64,000 nt of DNA, from NCBI GenBank assembly GCA_963729605.1, contig CAVSNY010000007.1:1216001-1280000 (forward strand), in the 5' to 3' direction. This stretch comes from an uncultured Gammaproteobacteria bacterium. Its GTDB lineage: Bacteria; Pseudomonadota; Gammaproteobacteria; DRLM01. Every line of letters starts with the position of its first letter. Positions within the stretch are counted from its first letter, which is position 1. The translations under genes were made by a program, and so were the position numbers. Positions 11,991 through 22,964 of this stretch are shown one piece after another. The notes under the pieces were generated by a model. The model did no database searches. It was not told the origin of the DNA and saw only the letters and a program-made list of their open reading frames with translations.

Positions 11991-12742
11991 TGAGGAGGTG
12001 TTCGGCCGGGCTGCTCGGGATCGTGTTGGTGAGTGTCTTGGCCGCCTGCGCCGCGCCCGCTGAGAAAACCAACTCCCGCGCCGCCGCCGAGATCAACGCC
12101 GAACTCGGTCTGGCCTACATGCAGAAGGGCGATTACGAACACGCCCTCGAAAAACTCAAACACGCCTTGTCGTTCGATCCGCAGTCGGCCAGCGCCAACC
12201 ATTACATCGCCGAGGTCTACCAGCAAATCGGCGACATCAAAAGCGCCGAGTCCCATTATCGCAAGGCCTTGACGGTCACCCCCGCGGACCCGATGTTGCT
12301 CAATAATTTCGGGGTGTTCCTGTGCCGGCAAAAACGCCTGGACGAGGCGCAAACCCTATTCATGACCGCCGCTAAACAGCCTTTCTACAAAACCCCGGAA
12401 GTGGCTTACAGCAACGCCGCGTTGTGCGCGCTGGAGCAACCCGACGAAGCCAAGGCCGAGCAATATTTGCGCGCGGCGTTACAATTGAATCCCAGCCTGC
12501 CGGCGGCGCTCTATGAAATGGCCGCGTTGAAATTCAGACAGCAGGAATATTTGAGCGCGCGGGCCTTTCTGCAACGTTATTTCACCGCCGAGCGCGCCTC
12601 GCCGCAAAGTTTGTGGCTGGGGGTGCGTGTCGAAAAACAATTAGGGGACGAGGCCAGTGCCGCCAAATACGCGATGCAATTGAAACGGGATTTCCCGCTC
12701 GCGGCGGAGACGGAGTTATTACAAGGGCAAACAGGGCGATGA
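11987..12742 (+). CDS. pilW: type IV pilus pilotin PilW/PilF (TPR lipoprotein)
   Basis: Lipobox LAAC, TPR repeats, NNFGVFLC; canonical position after rlmN. Confidence 0.9.
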
Positions 12743-13665
12743 CGGAATCAACGGTCGAGAATCTGGCGCAACGGGAACCGGAACCGAAAATCGGTCCCGG
12801 TATACGTTTGCGCGAGGCGCGCGAGGCGCGCAAGTTGACGGTGGAGGCGGCGGCCGTCCAATTGCGGATAGACCCGGTGCTGGTGACGGCCTTGGAAGAG
12901 GATGATTACGATAAATTCGCCGCGCCGATTTTCATCACCGGCAACATCCGGGCTTACGCGCGCCTGCTCGATTTGCCGCCGGAGCCCTTGCTCGAGGCCT
13001 ACCACGGTTTGGGGCACGATGTGCCGCCGGCCTTGAAGCAAGTGAATCGTTATCCGCGCCTCGGCTCATCCACCTCGTGGGCGCCGGGGGTGATCGCGTT
13101 ATTGGTGGTGGCCGTCGCAATCCTGGCGTTTTTGGCTTGGCAGAGCGGCGGACAATTGCCCGGTTTCTCGCAAGGACAGGAACCGACCCAGGAAGAGGGC
13201 AAGGCGCTGCTCTTGCCGGAGGCGCCGGAATCGCAAATACCGCAAGACGTCGGTGGTTTCGATAGCGGCGCGGGTTTAATGCCGTTCGACGGTGCGGATG
13301 TCGGCCGCGAGGAAGAACCGGCCGCGCCGATTGCCGCGTCGCCGAAGGATACGCCCGCCGCGCCGCTGGCGGCCGCGCCGCGCGCGGAGATGCCGGAGCC
13401 CGTGGTACGTTCCAAACTGTCGCTCAAGGTCGATCGGGCCTCGTGGGTGGAAGTGCGCGACGCCACCGGCCGGCGTTTGTTGTATGACTTGCTCGATTCC
13501 GGCGCCGTGAAAATTCTGGAAGGCGTGCCGCCTTTTGATGTGTTGTTGGGCTTCGCGCCGGGAGTCACCCTGGAGTTCAACGGCAAGTTGGTGGACCATC
13601 GTCTGTACGCGCGGCAAGAAACGGCGCGTTTCCGTTTGGGCGAAAACGGCATCAGTTCTTTGTGA
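12739..13665 (+). CDS. rodZ: cell-shape protein RodZ
   Basis: N-terminal HTH (GIRLREAREAR..RAYARLL), single TM, C-terminal SWVEVRDATG domain. Confidence 0.9.
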   Translation: MTESTVENLAQREPEPKIGPGIRLREAREARKLTVEAAAVQLRIDPVLVTALEEDDYDKFAAPIFITGNIRAYARLLDLPPEPLLEAYHGLGHDVPPALKQVNRYPRLGSSTSWAPGVIALLVVAVAILAFLAWQSGGQLPGFSQGQEPTQEEGKALLLPEAPESQIPQDVGGFDSGAGLMPFDGADVGREEEPAAPIAASPKDTPAAPLAAAPRAEMPEPVVRSKLSLKVDRASWVEVRDATGRRLLYDLLDSGAVKILEGVPPFDVLLGFAPGVTLEFNGKLVDHRLYARQETARFRLGENGISSL

Positions 13666-13725
13666 CGGCGGCGCGATGGTGTTTTCGATGATCACGGTTC
13701 AATAAGACTCGATTATTTTTCCATT

Positions 13726-15027
13726 ATGAGTACGACCCTTCAAGCCGTCCGCGGCATGCACGACATCTTGCCCGAGCAGTGCCGTTATTTCGCGCATGTG
13801 GAAAGACTCGCGCGCGAGGTGTTGGCCGGTTACGGTTACGAGGAAATCCGTCTGCCCTTGCTGGAAAGCACCGAACTGTTCAAACGCACCATCGGCGAAG
13901 TCACCGACATCGTCGAAAAAGAGATGTACACCTTCGCCGACCGCAACGGCGACAGCCTGACGCTGCGGCCCGAGGGCACGGCGGGCTGTGTGCGCGCCGG
14001 CATCGAGAACGGACTGCTGCACAATCAGGTGCGGCGCTTGTGGTACGGCGGGCCGATGTTCCGTCACGAACGGCCGCAGAAGGGCCGTTATCGCCAGTTC
14101 CATCAAATAGGCGTGGAAACCTTCGGCATGGCCGGGCCGGACATCGACGCAGAGTTGCTGCTGCTGACCCGTCGCCTGTGGCGGCGTTTGGGGCTGGACG
14201 GTCTGGAATTGCAGATCAACTCGCTGGGCACGGCCGCGGTGCGCGCCGCTTATCGCGAGCAACTGGTCGCCTATTTCACCGCCCATCACGCCGTGTTGGA
14301 CGAGGACAGCCGCCGCCGTTTGCAGAGCAATCCGCTGCGGATCTTGGACAGTAAAAATCCCGCGCTGCAAGAGCTGCTCGCCGGCGCGCCGCAGTTGTTG
14401 GCGTCGCTCGATGCGGAATCGCGTGCCCACTTCGACGAGTTGCGCCGCCTGCTCGACGCCGCCGGCGTGCCTTATCGCGTCAATCCGCGTTTGGTGCGCG
14501 GCCTGGATTATTACGGTAAAACCGTGTTCGAGTGGGTGACCGACCGTCTGGGCGCGCAGGGCACGGTGTGCGCGGGCGGCCGTTACGACGGCCTGGTGGC
14601 GCAATTGGGCGGGCGGTCCACCCCGGCGGCGGGTTTCGCCATGGGCATCGACCGTCTGGTGGCCCTGCTGGAAGAACAGGCCGCGGCGGTGCCGCTCGCC
14701 GCGCCGGATTTGTTTTTGGCGGTGGTGGGTGGCGAGGCCGAGCGGATCGGCCTGGTGTGGGCCGAGCAATTGCGCGATGCCAGTCCGGCGTTGGGCCTGC
14801 TGGTCAATTGCGGAGGCGGCAGTTTCAAATCGCAGCTCAAACGCGCCGACAAAAGCGGCGCGGCCTTCGCCTTGGTGGTGGGCGACGAAGAGGCGGCCCA
14901 AGGCAGGGTGGGCGTCAAACCGCTGCGCGAAGACGCACCGCAGCGGACCTGGGTGTGGCAAGACTTGGTGAGGACCTTGGCGGGCTGCGCGGCGGCGGAT
15001 CTGCCGCGTCTGCTCATGCGCACTTAA
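13726..15027 (+). CDS. hisS: histidine--tRNA ligase
   Basis: [43 protein letters not shown]. Confidence 0.98.
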   Translation: MSTTLQAVRGMHDILPEQCRYFAHVERLAREVLAGYGYEEIRLPLLESTELFKRTIGEVTDIVEKEMYTFADRNGDSLTLRPEGTAGCVRAGIENGLLHNQVRRLWYGGPMFRHERPQKGRYRQFHQIGVETFGMAGPDIDAELLLLTRRLWRRLGLDGLELQINSLGTAAVRAAYREQLVAYFTAHHAVLDEDSRRRLQSNPLRILDSKNPALQELLAGAPQLLASLDAESRAHFDELRRLLDAAGVPYRVNPRLVRGLDYYGKTVFEWVTDRLGAQGTVCAGGRYDGLVAQLGGRSTPAAGFAMGIDRLVALLEEQAAAVPLAAPDLFLAVVGGEAERIGLVWAEQLRDASPALGLLVNCGGGSFKSQLKRADKSGAAFALVVGDEEAAQGRVGVKPLREDAPQRTWVWQDLVRTLAGCAAADLPRLLMRT

Positions 15028-15084
15028 GGGGATTCATCCCCGTGCGCAATCGGAACCATTGAATTTCAGAACGAGGAAAAGGCC

Positions 15085-15726
15085 GTGGAAGGTTATTCAT
15101 CGGAACAGGAACAAGTCGAGGCCGTCAAACGCTGGTGGCGCGCCAACGGCAAATCGGTGTTGGTGGGCGTGACCATCGGCGTGCTGGTGCTGATCGGCGG
15201 GCGGCTGTGGGTCGAGCATAAAAACAATCAGGCGCTCCTGGCCGAGGAACAATACGAGCAAGTGCTGGCCGATGCGCAGCGCGGTGAAAAGGCCGCGGCC
15301 GTCGATCGCGGCGCACGCCTGCTGGAGGAGAGCCGCGGCAGCCCCTACGCGGCGCTCACCGCCCTGGTGCTGGCCAAGCTAAAGATGGAAGAGAACGATC
15401 AGGACGGCGCCAAGAAATATCTGCAATGGGTGATCGACAACGCCGGCGTCGCCGAACTGAAAGACGTGGCGCGCTTGCGCCTGGCGCGGGTGCTGTTGGC
15501 GGCCGGCGACGGCGCGGCGGCCTTGACTACGGTGCAGGTCGTCGATGAAAAGGCCTACACGGTGCCGATGCAAGAATTGAAAGGCGATATCCTGGTGAGT
15601 TTGAACCGCATCGACGAGGCGCGCGCCGCCTACGCCGCGGCCTTGGCCGCCGAAACCGAGGGCACCGCGGAACACCAGCGTGTGCAGATGAAACTGTCGG
15701 CGCTGGGCGGAGCGCAAACGTCTTGA
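15085..15726 (+). CDS. yfgM: YfgM ancillary SecYEG subunit (TPR)
   Basis: EQEQVEAVKRWWRANG, TM helix, RLRLARV, ELKGDIL; lies between hisS and bamB. Confidence 0.9.
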   Translation: MEGYSSEQEQVEAVKRWWRANGKSVLVGVTIGVLVLIGGRLWVEHKNNQALLAEEQYEQVLADAQRGEKAAAVDRGARLLEESRGSPYAALTALVLAKLKMEENDQDGAKKYLQWVIDNAGVAELKDVARLRLARVLLAAGDGAAALTTVQVVDEKAYTVPMQELKGDILVSLNRIDEARAAYAAALAAETEGTAEHQRVQMKLSALGGAQTS

Positions 15727-16859
15727 AACGCGCGGCCTGCCTCGCGCTGAGCGCCCTGTTGCTCGGGGCCTGTGCCTCGACGCCGGAGGGCGGCGGGCCT
15801 GCGCCTTTGCCCGCCTTCACCAAAGAGATCGAGGTCAAATCCGCATGGTCCAAGCCGATGAGGGCGTGGGAGGGTTCGCCGCAAGGCGACGTGCGGCCGG
15901 TGGTGGTGGGCGATGTATTGTTCGTGATCGACGGCAAGCATTGGCTGCGCGCATATCAGGCGCGCGGCGGAAAATTGCTGTGGGAGCGGCGTCTCGATAC
16001 CGCAATCAGCGCCGGCATTACCGCGGCCGGCGAGTTGTTGCTGTTGGGCACGCGGCAGGCCGAGGTGTTGGCGCTCTCGCAAAAAGACGGCGCGCTGATG
16101 TGGCGCGTGCCGGTATCCAGTGAAGTGTTGGCGCCGCCCACGACCGGTGAAGACATGGTCGTGGTCCGCGCCGGCGATGGCAAACTGCTCGCCTTGGATT
16201 TGCACGACGGCGCGCGGCGCTGGGTGGTGGACAGGCCGGTGCCGAGCCTGACGCTGCGCGGCATCGGCGCCGCGGTGATCGCCGATGGCGGCGTCTACGC
16301 CGGTTTCGCCAATGGCAAATTGCTGGCCTTGTCGCTGCGCGACGGCGCGGTGCAGTGGGAAACCGTGGTGGCCCAGCCGCAAGGCCGCTCGGAACTGGAA
16401 CGCATGGTGGATGTCGACGCGCGGCCGCTGGTGCTCGACGACACGGTGTACGCCGCGGCCTATCACGGCCGGGTGGTGGCGCTGTCGCGCGCCAACGGGC
16501 GGGTGCTGTGGCCGCGCGAGGTGTCCGCTTACACCGATATGGCCTATGACCAGAACACGCTTTATTTCTGCGATGAGGACGGCTCTATCTGGGCCTTGGA
16601 TCGCCGCACGGGTGCGGCCTTGTGGAAACAGGAACAGTTGCAGCGCCGCGCCGTGTCGGCGCCGGTGGTGTTCGGCGATTATCTGGTGGTGGCCGACGTG
16701 GAAGGGTATCTGCATTGGCTGGCGCGGGGCGACGGCCAGCTGGCCGGGCGTTACCACATCAGCGATCAAGGTGTGGTCGGCGCGCCGCTGGTGGTGGATG
16801 ATCTGCTCTACGCCGTCGGTGCCGACGGCAGCATCACCGCCTTGCGCGCCCGCCGTTAA
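15723..16859 (+). CDS. bamB: outer membrane assembly lipoprotein BamB
   Basis: Lipobox LGAC, PQQ-like beta-propeller repeats, GRSELERMVDVD. Confidence 0.94.
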   Translation: MKRAACLALSALLLGACASTPEGGGPAPLPAFTKEIEVKSAWSKPMRAWEGSPQGDVRPVVVGDVLFVIDGKHWLRAYQARGGKLLWERRLDTAISAGITAAGELLLLGTRQAEVLALSQKDGALMWRVPVSSEVLAPPTTGEDMVVVRAGDGKLLALDLHDGARRWVVDRPVPSLTLRGIGAAVIADGGVYAGFANGKLLALSLRDGAVQWETVVAQPQGRSELERMVDVDARPLVLDDTVYAAAYHGRVVALSRANGRVLWPREVSAYTDMAYDQNTLYFCDEDGSIWALDRRTGAALWKQEQLQRRAVSAPVVFGDYLVVADVEGYLHWLARGDGQLAGRYHISDQGVVGAPLVVDDLLYAVGADGSITALRARR

Positions 16860-16910
16860 GGCGGCCGTCCCGCCGCGCGTCATTCGAGTAACACAAGCAT
16901 GTCCGCCGTT

Positions 16911-18308
16911 ATGAAACCCGTGATCACCTTGGTGGGGCGGCCCAATGTGGGCAAGTCCACCTTGTTCAATCGCCTCACCCGTTCCCGTGATGCCTTAGTG
17001 GCGGATTTACCGGGACTGACCCGCGACCGCATCTACGGCGACGGCAAGGTCGGCGATCGTCCTTATATCGTGATCGACACCGGTGGCCTGGGCGGCGACG
17101 AGGACAACATCACCGGCCAGATGGCGGCGCAGGCGCGGCTCGCCATGAAGGAGGCCGACGCCATTTTGTTGCTGGTGGACGGCCGCAACGGCTTGAGCGC
17201 CGGCGACGAGCAAATCGCCGACTACCTGCGGCAATTGGGCAAGCGGGTGTTCGTCGCGGTCAACAAAAGCGAGGGCGCCAACACCCACGTCATCAGCGCC
17301 GATTTCCAAAGCCTGGGATTAGGTCAGCCGTACGCGATTTCCGCCGCGCACGGCGACGGCATCGCCGCGCTGATGGAGGCCGTGCTCGCCGATCTGCCGC
17401 GGGCGACCGACGGCAGCGAAGCGGCGGAAGACGGCAGCATCCGCGTCGCGGTGGTCGGGCGGCCCAACGTCGGCAAGTCCACCCTCATCAACCGCATGCT
17501 CGGCGAAGAGCGGGTGGTGGTGTTCGACGAGGCGGGCACCACCCGCGACAGCATTTACATCCCCTATGAGCGCGACGGCCAGCGCTACGTGCTGATCGAC
17601 ACCGCCGGCGTGCGGCGACGGGCGCGGGTCGAGGACGCCATCGAGAAATTCAGCATCGTGAAAACCCTGCAAGCCATCGATGCTGCCCACGTGGTGATCA
17701 TGGTGATGGACGCCAGCGAGGGCGTGCACGCGCAGGACACCGGCCTGGCCGGCATGGTGGTCGAGCGCGGCCGCGCCATGGTGATCGCCATCAATAAATG
17801 GGACGGCCTGGCGCAGGATCAACGGCAAGCGGTGAAGACCGACATCGATCGCCGTCTGCCGTTTCTCGAATTCGCCAAGTTTCATTTCATCTCCGCCTTG
17901 CACGGCAGCGGGGTGGGCGATCTGTTCGGCACCGTCGTCAACGCCTACCAGGCGGCGATGCGCAAATTCCCCACGCCGCAATTGACCCGCCTCCTTGAAG
18001 ACGCGGTGAGCGCCTATCCGCCGCCGCTGGTGCACGGCCGCCGCATCAAATTGCGTTATGCCCACCAAGGCGGCAGCAATCCGCCGCTGATCATCGTCCA
18101 CGGCAATCAAGCCGAGGCGGTGCCGGCGACCTATCAACGTTATCTGGTCAACACCTTCCGCAAAGTCCTGCGCCTGCAGGGTACGCCGCTGCGCATGGAA
18201 TTCAAGACCGGCGCCAATCCCTACGCGGGCAAAAAAAATGTGCTCACGCCGCGTCAGGTGGAAAAGCGCCAGCGTCTCCAGCGTCACCTCAAGAAAAAGA
18301 CCCGCTGA
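16911..18308 (+). CDS. der: ribosome biogenesis GTPase Der (EngA)
   Basis: Two [10 protein letters not shown]-domains and C-terminal KH-like [10 protein letters not shown]. Confidence 0.98.
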   Translation: MKPVITLVGRPNVGKSTLFNRLTRSRDALVADLPGLTRDRIYGDGKVGDRPYIVIDTGGLGGDEDNITGQMAAQARLAMKEADAILLLVDGRNGLSAGDEQIADYLRQLGKRVFVAVNKSEGANTHVISADFQSLGLGQPYAISAAHGDGIAALMEAVLADLPRATDGSEAAEDGSIRVAVVGRPNVGKSTLINRMLGEERVVVFDEAGTTRDSIYIPYERDGQRYVLIDTAGVRRRARVEDAIEKFSIVKTLQAIDAAHVVIMVMDASEGVHAQDTGLAGMVVERGRAMVIAINKWDGLAQDQRQAVKTDIDRRLPFLEFAKFHFISALHGSGVGDLFGTVVNAYQAAMRKFPTPQLTRLLEDAVSAYPPPLVHGRRIKLRYAHQGGSNPPLIIVHGNQAEAVPATYQRYLVNTFRKVLRLQGTPLRMEFKTGANPYAGKKNVLTPRQVEKRQRLQRHLKKKTR

Positions 18309-18397
18309 TTCCTTCCCGCGCGCGGTTTCCGCGCCGGATGGCGGTTTGCCCATGAGCGCGGCGCCGTTTTTGTCCACTCGGTGCTATGCTCATAAAG

Positions 18398-18550
18398 ATG
18401 GATGAATTTTATTTCACCAACCCCATCGCCCGGCATATCTTCTGGGACATCCAATACCGTCACCGTGAAGCCGGTGAGGCGCGCGACGCAACATTGGTCG
18501 CCAATGAACCGCGCGGCCGCAAGCGACACTGCGCGCCGGCCATTCGCTGA
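18398..18550 (+). pseudogene. N-terminal remnant resembling class II (B12) ribonucleotide reductase
   Basis: ATG at 18398 reads MDEFYFTNPIARHIFWDIQYRHREAGEARDAT, resembling the NrdJ start (F..PI...IWD.KYR....G...D.T); stops after 50 aa. Confidence 0.45.
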
Positions 18551-18842
18551 TCTTTTTCCCGAAGGTACTTTTCAGCGCGTGCCGGGACGGCTGCCGTTTC
18601 GCATGGGTGCGTTTGCCATCGCGGCGCAGGCCGGTGTGCCGGTCGTGCCTATGACCCTCCGCGGCGCCCGGCTAATGCTGCGCGACCGCCAATGGTTCCC
18701 GTGCCGCGGCGCAATCAGCATTACCCTCGGCGCATCGATCTCGCCCGACGGTACGGACTGGGCCGCCGCCCTCAAACTTCGCAATGCCGCACGCGCGGAG
18801 ATGCCGCGTTTATGCGGAGAAACCGATTTGGGAGGACTATAA
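18520..18842 (+). pseudogene. C-terminal remnant of a lysophospholipid acyltransferase domain
   Basis: LRAGHSLIF frameshifts into FPEGTF..LPFRMGAF..A.QAGVPVVP; the N-terminal HxxxxD motif is absent. Confidence 0.7.
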
Positions 18843-18893
18843 TAATCTTGGATAGATTTTGTCTTTGGTCAAATTCGATAAGGAGATGCGAAT

Positions 18894-19421
18894 ATGATCA
18901 AGCAAGAAGAGACATCGGGCGGTACAGCCGTGAAGGCGAAAGAGACGGCCCAGGAAATCCAGAAAGCCACACCGTCACAGGCCATGAGCCCCTTCGAAGA
19001 TATGGATCGGATGTTTGATAGGCTTTGTCACCCGGGTTGGTTATGGCCGATGCGCCGGGGCCTTCCGTCCTGGGATGAGTTGAAGACCCCCTTTGAAGGC
19101 AAGCTGGCGCGCGTGGACGTGATAGACCGTGAGACCGAGATCGTCGTGAAGGCGGAGGTGCCAGGCGTACGCAAGGAAGATATCGACGTCTCGGTGACAG
19201 ACAACACGATTACGATTAAAGGCAGTACCCGCCGCGAAGAAAAGGAAGAGAAGGGTGAATATTATCGCTACGAGATTTCCCGCGGCGCATTCCCGCGTAC
19301 CCTCGCCTTGCCTGACAATGTCGATAGCGGCAAGGCCAAGGCGAGTTTTAAAGACGGTGTCCTCGAATGGGTCATGCCTAAACCGCAAAAGACCCAACGG
19401 CGGCGTATCGCCATTGACTAG
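18894..19421 (+). CDS. Hsp20/alpha-crystallin small heat shock protein
   Basis: VDVIDRETEIVVKAEVPGVRKEDIDV, EISRGAF.RTL.LP, ASFKDGVL. Confidence 0.92.
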   Translation: MIKQEETSGGTAVKAKETAQEIQKATPSQAMSPFEDMDRMFDRLCHPGWLWPMRRGLPSWDELKTPFEGKLARVDVIDRETEIVVKAEVPGVRKEDIDVSVTDNTITIKGSTRREEKEEKGEYYRYEISRGAFPRTLALPDNVDSGKAKASFKDGVLEWVMPKPQKTQRRRIAID

Positions 19422-19461
19422 CGGATGACTCATTAACCGTCATTGAAACGGAGGTCATGAT

Positions 19462-19692
19462 ATGAGTAAAGCGAAATCCAGTATGCAGTCGGTGTCGTCG
19501 GCGACGGCAAGAAGGGCAGGTGCAACCGAAGCCGCGGTGTCCGGCATCACGCTTCCGCAACGCGAACGAATGATCGCGGAAGCCGCTTATTATCGCGCTG
19601 AACACCGCGGCTTTCAGGGCGGCGACCCGCAGCAAGATTGGTTGGAGGCGGAGGCGGAAATCAATCGGATGCTGAGCGAAACCTTGCATTGA
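19462..19692 (+). CDS. DUF2934 family protein
   Basis: IAEAAYYRAEHRGF..G...QDWLEAEAEI signature. Confidence 0.85.
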   Translation: MSKAKSSMQSVSSATARRAGATEAAVSGITLPQRERMIAEAAYYRAEHRGFQGGDPQQDWLEAEAEINRMLSETLH

Positions 19693-19811
19693 GCAAGCGG
19701 ATGCTCGGTTCGTCCAGCGGCGTTGACCGTCGAGGCCCGGGCGTACACCGATAACACTAAGCACAAAGGTACCAAGCAGGACCACGAAGATGCCGTACGG
19801 ACATGGGTGCG

Positions 19812-21063
19812 ATGGAAACAGTCAGCGATACCCTCGGGCATAAGCAAGGCAAGGTATCCCGCTTGGAACGCGCCGCCCTGCGGCGAGTCCTCGCCCTGCT
19901 GGGTAACCCGCCCATCGAGCTGTTGTTGTGGAACGGTGAAGTCGTTGGCGGGGGGGCACGATGCGCCGGTGGCGCGGCTGTGGATACGCCAGCGGGGCCT
20001 GTTGCTGCGTTTGCTCTATCGTCCCGATTTATATTTCGGCGAGGCCTACAGTCAAGGGGAAGTAGACGTCGAAGGCGACTTGGTAAAGTTGCTGGAATGT
20101 GTTGACCCTCTGGACCGGCGCGCCGTTCGGCGCCGTGTGTGGGATAGATTGAAGCTCAAGTTTCCGCAGCTCGCGCCTCATGCTCTTGGCAGTACGCGCA
20201 GCAATATCCACCATCATTACGACATCGGCAATGCCTTTTATCGGCTCTGGCTCGACCAGGAACTGGTTTATACCTGCGCCTATTTTCCCACCCCCGCAGC
20301 GAGCCTGGAAGCGGCGCAACAGGCCAAGATGGAATACGTCTGCCGCAAGTTGCGCCTCAAGCCCGGCGAGACCATTGTGGAGGCGGGTTGCGGTTGGGGC
20401 GCCTTGGCGCGTTACATGGCCCACCACTATGGGGTCAAGGTGCGGGCCTATAACATCTCCCGCGAACAGCTCGTTTATGCGCGTGAGCGGGCCCGTCAGA
20501 TGGGCCTGGACGGCCAGGTGGAATTCGTCGAAGAGGATTATCGCGCCATCGAAGGGCGTTACGACGCCTTCGTTTCCGTCGGCATGTTGGAGCATGTGGG
20601 CAAGGCCCATTACGGAGAACTCGGGTCGGTGATCGATCGCTGTCTGAGTCCGCGCGGGCGTGGTCTCCTGCATTCCATCGGGCGTGATCGGCCCATGCCG
20701 TTGAATGCCTGGATTGAACGTCATATCTTCCCCGGCGCCTATCCCCCCACCTTGTTAGAGATGCTCGAGGTGCTGGAACCCGGAGGATTTTCCGTGCTGG
20801 ATGTGGAAAACCTGCGCCCCCATTACCTGCGTACCCTGGAACATTGGCTGAGCCGCTACGAGGCGACCACGGATACGGTGCGGCAGATGTTCGACGAGGT
20901 CTTCGTCCGTTCCTGGCGTTTCTATCTCGCCTGTTCCATCGCCGGATTCCGGATGGGTTCGCTGCAGCTCTTCCAGATTACCTTCAACCGCGCCGGGATG
21001 AACGATGCGCCCTGGACACGCGACTATCTTTACGGCCAGCGTCTCCCCGGCGGGCACCGTTGA
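19812..21063 (+). pseudogene. Cfa-family SAM-dependent fatty-acyl methyltransferase, frameshifted at a G7 tract
   Basis: N-terminus METVSD..LLLWNGEVVGG (frame of 19812) joins the frame carrying FGEAYSQG, NIHHHYDIGNAFY, EAGCGWG, SVGMLEHVG and IFPG across G7 at 19950-19956. Confidence 0.85.
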
Positions 21064-21102
21064 CAAGTCGCTGCATGTCGCCTTCAGCGGAGTGACATCG
21101 GA

Positions 21103-22446
21103 ATGACCGCCCTCACTTATGAAGACAAGAAACAACGCCTGATCGATTTTCTGCGTACCCGGCGCGGTGGCGACGTGCGTCTCGGCAAAGACACATCCAA
21201 CCTTTTTCGCGATCGCAAAGAGACGCCGGCGCGGCGCCTGGACGTGAGCGATTTCAACGAAGTTCTGAGGGTGGATGCCGCCGGCGGTTATGTCGAAGTG
21301 GAAGGCATGACCCCCTATGTGAAGTTGCTTGCCGAATGTCTCAAGTACGATGTCATGCCGGCGGTGGTGCCCCAGCTCAAGTCCATCACCATCGGCGGTG
21401 CGACCGTGGGATGCGGCATCGAAGCTTCCTCATTCCGCTATGGGCTGGTCCACGAAACGGTACGGGAGATGGAGATTCTCCTGGGCAACGGCAGCACCGT
21501 GCTGTGCACGCCCGATAACGAACACCGTGATCTGTTTTATGGGTTTCCCAACTCCTACGGAACCTTGGGTTACGCCCTGAAGCTCAAGGCCAAGGTCGTG
21601 CCGGTGAAGAAGTACATCAAACTTGCCCATCTGCGCTTTACGGAACCGCAAGCCTATTTCGCCGAACTGGTGCGGCAGTGCGATCGTAAAGAAATCGATT
21701 TTGTCGACGGCGTGGTGTTCGGCCGGAACGAGATGGTGATTACGCTTGGCCAATTTACCGATCATGCGCCTTATATCAGCGACTACACTTATGAAAGAAT
21801 TTACTACAAGTCGCTGCGTGAACGCACGGAGGATTACCTGACGACGGAGGATTATGTCTGGCGCTGGGATACGGATTGGTTCTGGTGTTCAAAGAACTTG
21901 CTCGCACAAAATCCGATCATGCGCCGTCTCTATGGCCGCGAGCGGCTGAATTCCATCACCTACACCAGGCTCATGCGCTGGAACAACCGCTGGAACCTCA
22001 CGCGCCATCTGGACAAGTTGCGCGGGATACACAGCGAATCGGTGATCCAGGATGTCGAGATTCCCATTGAAAACGCGCCTGCGTTTCTCGAGTTTTATCA
22101 TGCGGTCATCCGGTTTATGCCGGTATGGATATGCCCCACACGCGCTTATGACAAGACCATTAAATTCGATCTTTATGGAATGAAGCCGGAGCAGCTGTAC
22201 ATCAACTTCGGTTTTTGGGACGCGATTCTCGGCAGGGAAGCGTTGCCGGCCGGATTCTATAACCGGCAGGTCGAAGAAAAAGTGATTGTGCTCGGCGGCA
22301 TGAAATCGCTGTATTCCGATTCCTATTTCACGCCCGAACAGTTCTGGCGAATCTATAACAAAGCGGCCTATGACCGGCTCAAACAAAAATACGATCCGGG
22401 TCATGTATTCAAGGACATCTATCGTAAATGCGTGCTTAAAGAGTAA
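21103..22446 (+). CDS. FAD-binding oxidoreductase (DHCR24 / BfaA-TmsA-like)
   Basis: LGKDTSNLFR, VVPQLKSITIGG, GIEASSFRYG, FPNSYGTLGY, WRWDTDWFWCS, KSLYSDSY, YRKCV. Confidence 0.88.
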   Translation: MTALTYEDKKQRLIDFLRTRRGGDVRLGKDTSNLFRDRKETPARRLDVSDFNEVLRVDAAGGYVEVEGMTPYVKLLAECLKYDVMPAVVPQLKSITIGGATVGCGIEASSFRYGLVHETVREMEILLGNGSTVLCTPDNEHRDLFYGFPNSYGTLGYALKLKAKVVPVKKYIKLAHLRFTEPQAYFAELVRQCDRKEIDFVDGVVFGRNEMVITLGQFTDHAPYISDYTYERIYYKSLRERTEDYLTTEDYVWRWDTDWFWCSKNLLAQNPIMRRLYGRERLNSITYTRLMRWNNRWNLTRHLDKLRGIHSESVIQDVEIPIENAPAFLEFYHAVIRFMPVWICPTRAYDKTIKFDLYGMKPEQLYINFGFWDAILGREALPAGFYNRQVEEKVIVLGGMKSLYSDSYFTPEQFWRIYNKAAYDRLKQKYDPGHVFKDIYRKCVLKE

Positions 22447-22523
22447 TCGCGTATCCGAAAATACGGTTTCTGCGCGTGCAACGATTGCGGCGTGGTGATC
22501 GAGAGTCGGCGCGGCGAAACACC

Positions 22524-22964
22524 TCAGTCGGTTTCGACTTGAATGATGGTGCCGTGTTGATCGTGCCGGATCACCAGCCGTTTGGCACCTTGCCATGACG
22601 CCAGTTGTGTGGCGTCGATCTTGAAATCACGGGCATGAGTGGCGAGATCGACGGGGACGGGACGCTTGCGCCGTTCCTTGTCGCGGAAGCGCAAGAGATT
22701 GTAACGGGCCCACCCAATCAGGACGACCATGATTAAAAGAAGGCTGAAAACATACCAGCCCCAATGATCGAACAGCCGTTTATAGCCGTCATTCATTAGG
22801 AGGTTGTCGTGGAAGAGGTGTATGCCCACCCCCCATGCCACCAGGCTGATGAGCGGCAACCACAAATAAATCCAGAATACCCAGAAGATGAAAGTGAGAC
22901 CGCCGGTGGTGGCCCGTTGCAACGGCGATTGAAGATCGGGGCGTTCGATGATCAGGCGTTTCAT
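22524..22964 (-). CDS. pgaD: PNAG biosynthesis protein PgaD
   Basis: MKRLIIERP, two TMs (WVFWIYLWLPL), WARYNLLRF; ATGA overlap with the pgaC stop. Confidence 0.88.
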   Translation of the reverse strand: MKRLIIERPDLQSPLQRATTGGLTFIFWVFWIYLWLPLISLVAWGVGIHLFHDNLLMNDGYKRLFDHWGWYVFSLLLIMVVLIGWARYNLLRFRDKERRKRPVPVDLATHARDFKIDATQLASWQGAKRLVIRHDQHGTIIQVETD

